Positions 28,176 through 38,284 of a stretch of DNA of 64,000 bases are shown in pieces. Origin of the DNA: Spirochaetia bacterium (GTDB lineage: Bacteria; Spirochaetota; Spirochaetia; SZUA-6; Bin103); the NCBI GenBank assembly GCA_965203905.1, contig CBDBDQ010000005.1, positions 896,001 to 960,000 on the forward strand, given 5' to 3'. Below the pieces are notes generated by a model. The model searched no databases, was not told the origin of the DNA, and saw only the letters and a list, made by a program, of their open reading frames with translations. A program made the translations under genes and the position numbers. The stretch's first letter is position 1. Each line of letters opens with the position of its first letter.

Positions 28176-29900
28176 TTACTGGCTGGTGAACCACTCGTTC
28201 ACGTCTTCGGTGATCTCCGTGCCGCCGAGGTCGTGCCACTGCTGCACGAACTCGTCGAAGGCGTCCAGCTCCAGGTCGCCGATGATGATCTTGATGAGGG
28301 TCTCCTCCTGCAGCGAGGTGAGCGTGGGCCACTTGGTGGTCATGGTCTCGGACGGCACCCCGAGGAACGCCTCCGGCAGGAAGCGACCCTGCTCGATGAG
28401 CTGGTGCATGCCGGCCTGGGACACCTCGCCCGGCTTCCCGGGCATGAAGATGCGCGCCCAGCCCCAGTCCTCGCGCTTGCCGCCCAGGTAGCTGACCACG
28501 AAGTTGTACATGTCGACCACCTCGCCGAACTCGTGGCCGTGTTTCTTCATTGCCTCCTGGATCGAGATGTTCTCGTGGTACGCGGTCGAAATGGTGAGCT
28601 GGGTGTTGAAGTTCATCCCCGGCTTGTTGACGTCGATCGGCGACAACAGCCATGCCTGCCAGGTGCCTCCCTCCTTGGAGGGCGGATACGCCATGGTCGA
28701 GGACTCCAGGGCGTACATGTCCCAGTAGCCGTTGAGGATCTTCATGAGTGCCTCGGGATAGGCGAACTCGTTGTTGACCACGAAGTAGCCGGAGTGGCCC
28801 ACCGTCGAGGAGAAGCGCACGGTCTGGTCGTCGGACGACGGCACCATCAGCGGCAGCCAGTCGACCTCGGGCGCGTCGCGCACCGTGTCCAACAGCGGCC
28901 ACAGCGGGTTCCACTGGGCGCCGAACTCCATGCCCACGCGCCCGGAGATCACCTCCTCGGGCAGCTTGTCGCCGACCCGGGTACCGAATTCCTGGTCGAT
29001 GATCCCCTCCGCGTAGAGTTGGCGCATCAGGGACAGGGGCTTCTTCATCTCCGGCTGCACGCTGCCGTATACCAGCTTGCCGTCCTTCTCGATCCAGATG
29101 TCCGGGTAGGCGTGGTAGGCGTTGAACAGCAGCGTCGCGTCCGCCACGCCGCCGTAGAACAGCCGCTTCTGCATCAGCAGGCCGTAGGTGTCGTCCTTGC
29201 CGTTCTGATCCGGGTCGTCGAAGGTGAAGGCGCGCGCCATGGCGATCACGTCGTCGAAGGTCTGCGGCGCCGAGAGGTTCAGGTTCTGCATCCAGTCCTG
29301 GCGCGCCCAGATGAACACCGCGCGGCCCTCGCCGGCGAACTCCCATACCCGCGGCAGGGCGTAGAGCTGGCCGTCGAAGGTCACCGACTTGAAGGTCGCC
29401 TCCGGCTCATGCTGGTAGACGTCGTTGATCAGCCGCTCCGAGGCGTAGGCGGGGTAGACCTCGTCCAGCGGCTGCAGCTTGCCCGCCTCGTAGAGCCGCG
29501 CCACGTTGACCGGGGGCTTCTGGTGGTCCAGCTCCAGGATGTCGGGGATGTCGCCGGAGGCCATGCTCAGGTTGAGTTTCTGCTGATACTCCTCCGCGCT
29601 CTTGGCGATCCACAGGTACTTGACGTTGATGCCGAAGCGCTCGCGGTACTGGTCGTTCCACATGTTGTCTTCGAGGGACTGGTCGTTGAGGGTGACCGTC
29701 TTGTGGAATACGTCGCCCACCTGGTTGACGAAGGTAACGTCGATCGGCGGGTCGTACTTGCCGTAGGGTCCCGGTTCCATGGACGACGCGCGGGCCGCGG
29801 CGGCCTCGCCTTCGGCGCCGGCGAACGCCCCCGAAACGAACACCAGCCCGCACAGCAGCACAGCGAGGGTAGCGATGATTCGTTGGTGCACTGAACACAC
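28176..29900 (-). CDS. Carbohydrate ABC transporter extracellular solute-binding protein
   Basis: Signal peptide; LNLSMASGDIPD, RQDW, DPDQNGKDDTYG. Confidence 0.9.
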   Translation of the reverse strand: MCSVHQRIIATLAVLLCGLVFVSGAFAGAEGEAAAARASSMEPGPYGKYDPPIDVTFVNQVGDVFHKTVTLNDQSLEDNMWNDQYRERFGINVKYLWIAKSAEEYQQKLNLSMASGDIPDILELDHQKPPVNVARLYEAGKLQPLDEVYPAYASERLINDVYQHEPEATFKSVTFDGQLYALPRVWEFAGEGRAVFIWARQDWMQNLNLSAPQTFDDVIAMARAFTFDDPDQNGKDDTYGLLMQKRLFYGGVADATLLFNAYHAYPDIWIEKDGKLVYGSVQPEMKKPLSLMRQLYAEGIIDQEFGTRVGDKLPEEVISGRVGMEFGAQWNPLWPLLDTVRDAPEVDWLPLMVPSSDDQTVRFSSTVGHSGYFVVNNEFAYPEALMKILNGYWDMYALESSTMAYPPSKEGGTWQAWLLSPIDVNKPGMNFNTQLTISTAYHENISIQEAMKKHGHEFGEVVDMYNFVVSYLGGKREDWGWARIFMPGKPGEVSQAGMHQLIEQGRFLPEAFLGVPSETMTTKWPTLTSLQEETLIKIIIGDLELDAFDEFVQQWHDLGGTEITEDVNEWFTSQ

Positions 29901-29990
29901 CTCCTTGCGTAGTGCGGCAGTCTCGCCCCGCTCCCTGCCGCTGTCAAGCTGGCCTCCCCGGCGCGCGGTCCCGGCCGGGGGATGTCCTGG

Positions 29991-30677
29991 TCAGTCGTCG
30001 TGGCGCAGGCGCAGCATGCGGTTGCCGCCGCGCTGGAACTCGTAGGGCACCGGCTCAACCGTGACGCAGACCCCCGCCGCCGTGAGCGCTTCCCGCACCC
30101 CGGACACGTGCGGCGACGGCGCTCCTCCCAACTGCAGCAGCGGAAACACGCGCACCTCGGCAGCCACGCGCAGCATCTCGCGCAGTGCCGCGAGGTGGAA
30201 GTCGAGGTCGAACTGGGGGCTGTACAGGAACAGAAAGTGCGAGGACAGGGCAAGCTCGAACGCGGCGTCCGCGAAGGGAAGCACCGGCAGCGCGGCTTCG
30301 ACGTAGCGCCCCGACCGCCGGCCTTCCTCGTAGTCGGCCAGAAACCCGTGCAGCGCCTGCATCCGCCGCCGGCCGAGGTCCTGGAGCGACCGCACGTGGG
30401 TCCAGACGAAGTCATCCCTGTTGGCGCGCATCTGTTTCATCATGGTGGGGAACGTCTCCTGCACCCGCCGTTCGATGGCGGCAGCGGAGAAGCGGTAGAG
30501 CGGATCGACCGAGACCACGCTGCCGCCGCGTGCCGACAGCTCGGCGTTGAAACTCGCCGGACCGTCTCCGCAACCGAGAGTGCGGCGCGCCAGGTCGCCC
30601 TCCGAGAGGGAGAACATCGCCCGGTATTCTTCCAGAGAGCGCCCCCACGGCATTACGCTGTCGATCGAGAACGGCAT
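29991..30677 (-). CDS. Class I SAM-dependent methyltransferase
   Basis: Start MPFSIDSVMPWGRSLEEY at 30677; GCGDGPASF, LPFADAAFELALSSHFLFLY, EVRVFPL. Confidence 0.85.
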   Translation of the reverse strand: MPFSIDSVMPWGRSLEEYRAMFSLSEGDLARRTLGCGDGPASFNAELSARGGSVVSVDPLYRFSAAAIERRVQETFPTMMKQMRANRDDFVWTHVRSLQDLGRRRMQALHGFLADYEEGRRSGRYVEAALPVLPFADAAFELALSSHFLFLYSPQFDLDFHLAALREMLRVAAEVRVFPLLQLGGAPSPHVSGVREALTAAGVCVTVEPVPYEFQRGGNRMLRLRHDD

Positions 30678-30684
30678 GCGCCAC

Positions 30685-32016
30685 TCAGTTCGTGTAGGGA
30701 ATGGCGCCACCCGCATCGACGGCGTAGCCGTACTGCTCCAGGTAGGCGGCGGCGGGCAGGAAGCGGTCGCCGCGCTGCGCCAGGTGCTGCTGCAGGAGGT
30801 CCTCCAGGTCGCCCCTGAGCCCGCGCCAGTCGCTCTGCCGATAGCGGTTGTGGAGCTGATCCGGATCGGCCGCCATGTCGTAGAGGATGCCGCGCCCGTC
30901 GAGCCAGCGGGCGTAGCTGTAGCGCTCGGCGCGCACGCCGCGCCAGGGAGAGCCCCGGTACTCCGCGAACGGCGCGATGCACATGGTGAGCGCGCTCTCG
31001 TTGCCGGCGAACGGCTCGCCGCGCACCGCGGGGGAGAGGTCGCGGCCCTCGACCGTGGCGGGAATCGGCACCCCGGCCAGCCCCAGGAGCGTGGGCAGGA
31101 TGTCCACCACGTTGAGGGGGAACGAGATGCGGCGGCCGCGGCCGGCCTGTCCGGGACCGCGCAGCAGGAACGGCACCAGGATCGACTCGTCCCACGGGTG
31201 CTGCTTGCGCTGCACCCCCTGCGAGCCGAGCATGTCGCCGTGGTCCGAGGTGTAGACGAAGATGGTGTCGTCCAGCAGCCCCTCGGCGGCGAGGGCCGCT
31301 TCCAGACGGCCGAGATGCTCGTCCAGGGCGGTGACGTGCGCGTAGTAGCCGGCCAGGTCCTCACGCGCCGGGTCGGGGCAGTTGGGGAGCACCTCGACGG
31401 CGGCGGGCGGGTAGCGCTCCAGGTAGCCCGGCGGCAGGTCGCGGTAAGGGTTGTGGGGCGGCCCCCACGACAGCACCAGGGCGAACGGCCGGTCGCGGTC
31501 GCGCGCCTTGAGGTAGTCGATCGCCATGCCGGTCTGCGCCGCCGCGTCGTAGCCGTCCCAGTAGAGCGGTTCGGGCGTGTCGCGGTAGTAGAGCGAGCTG
31601 AGGTAGTCGTGGGTGCAGTTGCCCACCGCCCAGAACTGGAACCCCTGGCGGCGCGGTCCGGGCGGCGTGAACGCGGCGCGCCGGTTGCCGTCCAGGTGCC
31701 ATTTGCCGATGTAGGCGGTGGCGTAGCCGGCCGCACCGAGGATGGTGCCCAGCGTGGGCCGATCGGTGGGCAGCCGCAGGTCGTTGAGGAACAGCCCGTT
31801 GCGCAACGGGTACTGGCCGGTGAGCAGCGCCGCCCGCCACGGCGTGCACACCGGGATGTTGGACACCGCCGTGTCGAACACCACCCCCTCGAACGCCATC
31901 CGGTCCATCACCGGGGTGTGCACCCGCGCGCCGCCGAAGCCGGTGGTGCGAGCCCGATGCTGGTCGGAAAACACGAATACGATGTTGGGCCGACGCCCGC
32001 CGTCGCGATGCTGCAA
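30685..32016 (-). CDS. Sulfatase (Cys-type)
   Basis: PNIVFVFSDQH, CTPWRAALLTG, GKWHL, TSDHG. Confidence 0.93.
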   Translation of the reverse strand: MQHRDGGRRPNIVFVFSDQHRARTTGFGGARVHTPVMDRMAFEGVVFDTAVSNIPVCTPWRAALLTGQYPLRNGLFLNDLRLPTDRPTLGTILGAAGYATAYIGKWHLDGNRRAAFTPPGPRRQGFQFWAVGNCTHDYLSSLYYRDTPEPLYWDGYDAAAQTGMAIDYLKARDRDRPFALVLSWGPPHNPYRDLPPGYLERYPPAAVEVLPNCPDPAREDLAGYYAHVTALDEHLGRLEAALAAEGLLDDTIFVYTSDHGDMLGSQGVQRKQHPWDESILVPFLLRGPGQAGRGRRISFPLNVVDILPTLLGLAGVPIPATVEGRDLSPAVRGEPFAGNESALTMCIAPFAEYRGSPWRGVRAERYSYARWLDGRGILYDMAADPDQLHNRYRQSDWRGLRGDLEDLLQQHLAQRGDRFLPAAAYLEQYGYAVDAGGAIPYTN

Positions 32017-32155
32017 GGCCGCTTACTCCCCGGACTCCCTGGACGCCGCCACCGTAGCACACTTCGCCCGGCGTCTGGCTCGCATGCCGGGTAGTTGTCC
32101 ACGGTCCCTGCGGCGTTTCCGCGTTCGACAAAACAGGGCATCCTGTTACCGACAC

Positions 32156-33535
32156 ATGGCATCGACATCGAAGCGACCCAATATCCTGTTCATATTCGCC
32201 GACGACTGGGGCTGGGGCGACCTGGGCTGCTACGGCCATCGCCACGTCAGGACTCCACATCTCGATCGGCTCGCCGCCGAGGGCACCCTGTTCTCGCAGT
32301 TCTACGTCTGCTCCGGCGTCTGCTCACCCAGCCGGGCGGCGGTGATGACCGGCCGCTTCCCGGCCCGCTTCGGCATCCACGGCCACTTCGCCACCCACGA
32401 GCGCAACGCCGACCGCGGCATGCCCAACTGGCTCGATCCGTCCGCCGTAACCGTCACCGGGCTGTTCCAGCAGGCGGGCTTTCGCGTCGGCCACTTCGGC
32501 AAGTGGCACCTGGGGAACGGCGCCGGAGCGCCGCCGCCGACGGCCTACGGCATCGACGTGTTCGACGAGCCGAGCTGCCCCATCGTCTATACCGACCCGG
32601 CCCACACCGGCACCCGCGCGACCTCCTCGCAGGAGATCGTCGACCAGGCGATCGGATTCCTCGAACAGGGTCGGGGCGGGAGCGGCGCGGCCGCCGATCC
32701 GTTCTTCCTCAACGTGTGGCTTTACGACACCCACGCATCGCTCGATCCCAACGAGGAACAGTTGGAGCGTTATGTCGACTACATGCCGCTGCACGTACCC
32801 CACGTCGGCGCCACCGCGATCTACTACGCCACGGTGACCGAGGCCGACCTGCAGATCGGCCGCCTGCTGGCGAAGCTGGACGAGTTGGGCCTGGCCGACG
32901 ACACCCTGGTGATCTTCTCCGCCGACAATGGCCCCGAGGACATGGAGATCCGTAACTCGGCGCACAGCGGAGTCGGCAGCGCCGGGCCGTTCCGCGGCCG
33001 CAAGCGTTCGCTCTACGAGGGCGGCGTGCGCGTCCCGTTCATCCTGCGCTGGCCCGGCAACACGCCGGCGGGCGTGGTGAACGATGCCACGCCGCTGTGC
33101 GCCGTGGACCTGCTCCCCACCTTTTGCGAACTGGCAGGCGTGGACGTGCCGTCGGCGGCCGGACTGGACGGCGAGTCGATGGCGGCGGCGTTCCGCGGTG
33201 AGCAGCGCCCACGCTCCACGCCACTGCTGTGGGAGTGGCGCTTCCACGTTTACGGCCACGTGCTGCACCGCAGCCCGATGCTGGCCATCCGGGACGGTGA
33301 CTGGAAGCTCCTCCGCAACCCCGACGGCGATCGGGTGGAGCTCTACCGCATCCCCGACGATCCCTCCGAGCTCGACAATCGGGCTGACGCCGAGGCCGAC
33401 CTGGTGCAGCGCCTGAGCGCGCGGGCGCACGAGTGGCAGGCCAGCCTCCCCGCCGGGCCGGTGTCGCCGGACGCGGGCTCCAATGCGTACCCGTGGCCCG
33501 GCACCGATCACGACGAAGACGCCCTGTTCAGTTAG
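32156..33535 (+). CDS. Sulfatase (Cys-type)
   Basis: PNILFIFADD, CSPSRAAVMTG, GKWHL, ADNGP, GRKRSLYEGG. Confidence 0.93.
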   Translation: MASTSKRPNILFIFADDWGWGDLGCYGHRHVRTPHLDRLAAEGTLFSQFYVCSGVCSPSRAAVMTGRFPARFGIHGHFATHERNADRGMPNWLDPSAVTVTGLFQQAGFRVGHFGKWHLGNGAGAPPPTAYGIDVFDEPSCPIVYTDPAHTGTRATSSQEIVDQAIGFLEQGRGGSGAAADPFFLNVWLYDTHASLDPNEEQLERYVDYMPLHVPHVGATAIYYATVTEADLQIGRLLAKLDELGLADDTLVIFSADNGPEDMEIRNSAHSGVGSAGPFRGRKRSLYEGGVRVPFILRWPGNTPAGVVNDATPLCAVDLLPTFCELAGVDVPSAAGLDGESMAAAFRGEQRPRSTPLLWEWRFHVYGHVLHRSPMLAIRDGDWKLLRNPDGDRVELYRIPDDPSELDNRADAEADLVQRLSARAHEWQASLPAGPVSPDAGSNAYPWPGTDHDEDALFS

Positions 33536-33548
33536 TGCCGGCAGTCCC

Positions 33549-34400
33549 ATGACCGCGTCCATCCCCGAACACCCCGAACGGGCCGCGCCGCTGCCCGACC
33601 CGGGGCCGGCGGCACGAGCCGGCAACCTGCTCGAAGTGCATGGCCTGTGCCTGAGCTTCGGCGGCCTCACCGTGCTCGACGAGGTGTCGCTGGACGTGCC
33701 GGAGGGCAGCATTACCGCCATCATCGGGCCCAACGGCGCCGGCAAGTCCAGCCTGTTCAACTCCATCTCCGGCAGCTACCGGCCGCAGGCCGGCACGATC
33801 CGGTTCGCCGGCCGCGACATCACGCACCTGCCGACCCCGCGCCGGGCGGCACTCGGCGTGGCGCGCACGTTCCAGAACCTCGCGCTGTTTCCGAGCATGA
33901 CGGTGCTGGACAACATCAAGCTGGGCAGCCACGTGCACCTGCGCACGGGCCTGCTGGCGGCGGGAGTCTACCTGGGACGCGCGCGCCGCGAGGAGCGGCG
34001 CCTGCAGGCCGCGGTGGAGCGCGAGGTGATCGAGCCGCTCGGGCTGGGCGACCTGGTGCGGCTGCCGGCGGCAACCCTGCCCTACGGGCGCCAGAAGCTG
34101 GTGGAGCTGGCGCGGGCGCTCGCCATGCGGCCACGCCTGCTGCTGCTGGACGAGCCGGTGGCCGGCATGAACCGCGCCGAGCGCGAGGAGATGGTGCAGC
34201 TCATTCGCGATCTGCAACGCCGGCACGGCGCCACCGTGCTGCTGGTGGAACATGACATGAACGTGGTCATGGGCATCTCCGACCAGGTGATCGTGCTCGA
34301 CTTCGGACGAGTGATCGCGGCGGGCACACCGGCAGCGGTGCGCGCCGATCCCGCGGTGATCTCCGCCTACCTCGGCGGCGCCGCCCGGGAGCATGCCTGA
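33549..34400 (+). CDS. livG: Branched-chain amino acid-type ABC ATP-binding protein
   Basis: GPNGAGKS, RTFQN, LPYG, LLLDEP, VEHD. Confidence 0.9.
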   Translation: MTASIPEHPERAAPLPDPGPAARAGNLLEVHGLCLSFGGLTVLDEVSLDVPEGSITAIIGPNGAGKSSLFNSISGSYRPQAGTIRFAGRDITHLPTPRRAALGVARTFQNLALFPSMTVLDNIKLGSHVHLRTGLLAAGVYLGRARREERRLQAAVEREVIEPLGLGDLVRLPAATLPYGRQKLVELARALAMRPRLLLLDEPVAGMNRAEREEMVQLIRDLQRRHGATVLLVEHDMNVVMGISDQVIVLDFGRVIAAGTPAAVRADPAVISAYLGGAAREHA

Positions 34401-35284
34401 TGGACCTGTTTCTCGAAGTGAGCCTGGTGGGGCTGGCGGTGGGCGGGGTGTACGCCCTGATCGCGCTGGGCTACGTGCTCGTCTACCGCGCCACCCGGGT
34501 GATCAACTTCGCCCACGGCAACATCATGATGGTGGGTGCCTACTTCTTCTTCACCTTCGCAACGCTGCTGGGCCTGCCGTGGGGCATCGCGCTGGCGCTG
34601 ACGCTGGCCGCCGCGGCACTGGTCGGCGCCGGCCTCGAACGGCTCCTGCTGCGGCCCCTGCTGCAGCGCGACCCGACCGTGACAATCATGGCGACGTTCG
34701 GCCTGGCATTCGCACTGCACGGCCTGGTGCAGATCATCTGGACCGGGCAGGACTTCTTCCTGCCGTCGATATTCCCGGACGCGCCCATCGTCATCGACAC
34801 TGCCAATGGCGCCATGTACCTCCCCGCCAACATCGGCTACGGCGCGCTGGTCGCGCTGGCCGCCATCGGCCTGCTGCTGGTGCTGCTGCGCTACACCCGC
34901 GTCGGCCTGGCGCTGCGCGCGGTCGCCTCCGACCAGGTCGCGGCCAGCGGGGTGGGCATCAACGTGCCGGCGACGTTCAACCTGACCTGGGCCGGCGCCG
35001 CGGCGAGTGCCGCCCTCGCCGGCGTGGTGGTCGGCTCCATCACCACCCTCAACCCGAGGATGGGCATGCTCGGCCTCGCCGTGCTGGGCGTGGTCATCCT
35101 CGGCGGGCTCGACAGTCCCGCCGGGGCCATCGTCGCCGGCTTGATAGTGGGCTGGCTGCAGGCGCTCGCCGGATTCTACCTGAGCGGCGCCTACCGCGAC
35201 GTGATGCCCTACGTCGTGTTGCTGATCATCCTGCTGTTGCGTCCGCACGGCCTGTTCGGCACCCCGCGGGTGGAACGGTTGTGA
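34400..35284 (+). CDS. livH: Branched-chain amino acid-type ABC permease
   Basis: YALIALGYVLVY...VINFAHG, VILGG, RPHGLFG. Confidence 0.9.
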   Translation: MDLFLEVSLVGLAVGGVYALIALGYVLVYRATRVINFAHGNIMMVGAYFFFTFATLLGLPWGIALALTLAAAALVGAGLERLLLRPLLQRDPTVTIMATFGLAFALHGLVQIIWTGQDFFLPSIFPDAPIVIDTANGAMYLPANIGYGALVALAAIGLLLVLLRYTRVGLALRAVASDQVAASGVGINVPATFNLTWAGAAASAALAGVVVGSITTLNPRMGMLGLAVLGVVILGGLDSPAGAIVAGLIVGWLQALAGFYLSGAYRDVMPYVVLLIILLLRPHGLFGTPRVERL

Positions 35285-36279
35285 GTGGCCGGCGCACCCG
35301 GCGAGTTGGCACCCTCGCCGTGCTGGCGGCGGCGGCCGCGCTGCCGCTGGTCGGCAACAGCTTCCACCTGCACGTGGCGTGCATGATCGGCATCAACCTG
35401 ATCAGCGCACTGGGGCTCAACCTGCTGACCGGCAGCGCCGGCCTGGTGTCGCTGGGGCACGCCGTGTTCATGGGCGTGGGGGCATACGGGGTGGCCTGGT
35501 TCGCCAACCACCTCGGGCTGCCGTTCTACCTGTGCCTGCCGCTGGGCGGGCTGCTGGCCGCCAGCGTCGGCATGGTCGCCGGCCTGCCCTCGTTTCGCCT
35601 GAAGGGGATGTACCTGGCCTTCGCCTCGCTGGCGGCGCAATTCATCCTCGGCTTCGTGTTCAACGAGTGGGAGCCGGTCACCGGCGGACGCAGCGGCGTG
35701 ACCCTGGCGCCGGCGCAGCTCGGCGGGCTCACCCTGGCAACGGAACGCGAGATGTACTTCCTGATCGCCATCCTGGCGGCGGCCGCCCTGGTCTTCGCGC
35801 GCAACCTGCTGCGCACCCGCGTGGGGCGGGCCTTCGTCGCCATGCGCGACCGCGACCTCGCCGCCGAGGTGCTGGGGGTCGACCTGCGGCGCTACAAGCT
35901 GCTGGCCTTCGGGGTGAGCTCGTTCTACGCCGGCGTGGCCGGCGGGCTCATGGCCTACTTCTTCAAGGTGGTGGCGCCGGGGCAGTTCGGCTTCTCGTTG
36001 TCGCTGTTCTTCCTGGCCGCGATCGTGGTGGGAGGATTGGGAACTGTACAGGGGGCCATATCAGGCGCTATCTTCATGACGATCACTCCGGGGGTGCTCG
36101 CCTGGGCCGCCGGACCGTTCGGTCCGGTTGCCACGGGCATGCTGGCACCGTTGCGGGAAGTGCTGTTCGGCTTGCTCATCGTGGTGTTTCTCATCGCCGA
36201 GCCGCGCGGCCTGCACGGGATCTGGAGCAGGGTCAGAGACTGGCGTCCAAGTGGGTGGACGCGAAGGAGCAGAACATGA
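35281..36279 (+). CDS. livM: Branched-chain amino acid-type ABC permease
   Basis: GTG start 35281; GLNLLTGSAGLVSLGH, GRAFVAMRD, EPRGL. Confidence 0.88.
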   Translation: MSGRRTRRVGTLAVLAAAAALPLVGNSFHLHVACMIGINLISALGLNLLTGSAGLVSLGHAVFMGVGAYGVAWFANHLGLPFYLCLPLGGLLAASVGMVAGLPSFRLKGMYLAFASLAAQFILGFVFNEWEPVTGGRSGVTLAPAQLGGLTLATEREMYFLIAILAAAALVFARNLLRTRVGRAFVAMRDRDLAAEVLGVDLRRYKLLAFGVSSFYAGVAGGLMAYFFKVVAPGQFGFSLSLFFLAAIVVGGLGTVQGAISGAIFMTITPGVLAWAAGPFGPVATGMLAPLREVLFGLLIVVFLIAEPRGLHGIWSRVRDWRPSGWTRRSRT

Positions 36280-37490
36280 AGAGAGGACAGTCCGGATACG
36301 TCCGGCGCAATTGGGGTTTCCGGGCCGCCATCGCGGCAGTGGTCGTTGCGGCCGTGGCGTTGGCGCCGGCGGCGGTGGCCGACGAAGGCGAAATAGTATG
36401 GGGCGGCGCCGCGCCGCTCACCGGTTTGTACGCCCAGGCAGGCACCCTAGGCCTGGTAGGAATGGAAGCCTACGTCGGCTACCTGAACGCCACCGGCGGC
36501 ATCAACGGCCGGCCGGTGCGTACCGTAATGCACGACTCGGGATCGGTTCCGGAGCAGGCCCTGGCGGTGTTCAAGCAGATCATGGCCGAAGAAGAGAACG
36601 TGGTCACCTTCTACGGCGACTCCACCACCTTCATCAAGCTCTCGGCGCCGGAGGTCAACGACCGCTACCAGATCCTGATGGGCGGCTCCTCGATGGCCAC
36701 CGAGCTGGCGGACCCCGACAAGTACCGCTATCACTTCATGACCGGTCCGACCTACGCCGACATGATCGGCATCCTGCTGGAGTACATCGCGGCCGAGCGC
36801 GATACCGGCGCCGCGGCGCCGCGGGTGGTGCTGTTCTACTCCAACATCGACTTCGGTCTCGATCCGATCCCAGCATCCCGCGAGCGCGCCGAGCGCCTGG
36901 GCATCGACATCGTGGAGGAAATCGAGACCGCGCCGATGGGTGTCGACGTGGCGCCGGCGGTGCTGAAGCTGCGCCGCGCCAACCCCGACTACGTGATCTT
37001 TCACGGCTACGCGACCACGGTCTGGCCGGAGGTGATGAAGCAGGCGCTGCAGCAGGGCGTGAACGCCATGTTCATGGGCACCTTCTGGGCCATGGAGCCA
37101 TTGATCATCCGCCAGCTCGGACCGCTCGCGGACCGCTACATGGGCGTGTTCCCCTACCGCTACTACTGGGAGCAGGAGGAGTCGGCGACGCTGCGCCTGA
37201 TGAAGCAGGTAACCAAGCAGGAGTACCTGCCCACCTACGCGCTGCAGGCGTGGTTCTCCGGCATGATCATGCACGAGGTGATCAAGCGCACGCTGGACGC
37301 CGGCATGGAGCTCAGCGGCGACAACCTCAAGGCGACGCTGGACGGAATCGAGGACTGGGACACCGGCGGTCTGATCGGCGTTCCGGTGAGCTTCAAGAAC
37401 GGCTCCATTCCGGTCGGCAGGATCTACAAGGGCAACTCCGCCACCGGACTGATGGACCCGGTCTCGGACTGGATCGTCCTCGACGACTGA
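36276..37490 (+). CDS. ABC substrate-binding protein (LivJ/K, periplasmic binding protein type 1)
   Basis: Signal peptide; APLTGLYA, NATGGINGRPV; AAGGAG RBS. Confidence 0.88.
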   Translation: MKRGQSGYVRRNWGFRAAIAAVVVAAVALAPAAVADEGEIVWGGAAPLTGLYAQAGTLGLVGMEAYVGYLNATGGINGRPVRTVMHDSGSVPEQALAVFKQIMAEEENVVTFYGDSTTFIKLSAPEVNDRYQILMGGSSMATELADPDKYRYHFMTGPTYADMIGILLEYIAAERDTGAAAPRVVLFYSNIDFGLDPIPASRERAERLGIDIVEEIETAPMGVDVAPAVLKLRRANPDYVIFHGYATTVWPEVMKQALQQGVNAMFMGTFWAMEPLIIRQLGPLADRYMGVFPYRYYWEQEESATLRLMKQVTKQEYLPTYALQAWFSGMIMHEVIKRTLDAGMELSGDNLKATLDGIEDWDTGGLIGVPVSFKNGSIPVGRIYKGNSATGLMDPVSDWIVLDD

Positions 37491-37510
37491 CGGCGGCGTA
37501 ACGAAAGGCG

Positions 37511-38284
37511 GTGGTCGTGGCGGCGCCTTCACCGCGCGCGGATGCCGCGCTGGAGGTCGACCGCCTCGAGGCCGCCTACGGCCACGCGGCCCCGGTGCTG
37601 CGCGGCCTTTCGCTTGACGTGCCGAAGGGGCGCATCGTGGCCCTGCTCGGCGCCAACGGCGCCGGCAAGACCACCGCCATCCGCGCGATCGCCGGGTTGC
37701 TGCCGTACGAGAACGGCGCAGTGACGGCGGGTTCCATCCTGCTCGACGGGCGGCGCGTGGACGGCGTGCCGCCGCACCGGCGCGCACGGCGCCGCCTGGC
37801 GGCGGTGCTGGAGGGGCGCCGCCTGTTCGCCGAGCTCACCGTGGACGAGAACCTGCGCGCCGCCGCCTGGGCCCTGACCGGCCGCCGCGCTCACCCCCGC
37901 GGCGGTCTCGAAGCCGTGTACCAGTTCTTTCCGTTGCTGGCGGCGCGCCGCCGCCACCGCGCCGGTTACCTGTCCGGCGGCGAGCAGCAGATGCTGGCCA
38001 TCGGCAGGGCCTTGCTGACCGAGCCCACGACGATGCTGCTGGACGAGCCTTCGCTGGGTCTGGCCCCGCGCCTGCGGGAAGAGATCTTCGCCGCCATCGC
38101 GCGCATCAACCGCGAGCGCCGGGTCTCCATGCTGCTGGTGGAGCAGAACACCGTGCTGGCGCTGGAGGTCGCGCGCTACGGCTACGTGATGGAACAGGGG
38201 CGCGTGGTGCTGGAGGGCCCGGCCGACACCCTCAAGACGAACCGCGAGCTGAGCGAAGCCTACCTCGGCTCGCGAACGGAATGA
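37511..38284 (+). CDS. livF: Branched-chain amino acid-type ABC ATP-binding protein
   Basis: GANGAGKTT, LSGGEQQMLAIGRAL, LDEPSLGLAP, VEQN. Confidence 0.92.
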   Translation: MVVAAPSPRADAALEVDRLEAAYGHAAPVLRGLSLDVPKGRIVALLGANGAGKTTAIRAIAGLLPYENGAVTAGSILLDGRRVDGVPPHRRARRRLAAVLEGRRLFAELTVDENLRAAAWALTGRRAHPRGGLEAVYQFFPLLAARRRHRAGYLSGGEQQMLAIGRALLTEPTTMLLDEPSLGLAPRLREEIFAAIARINRERRVSMLLVEQNTVLALEVARYGYVMEQGRVVLEGPADTLKTNRELSEAYLGSRTE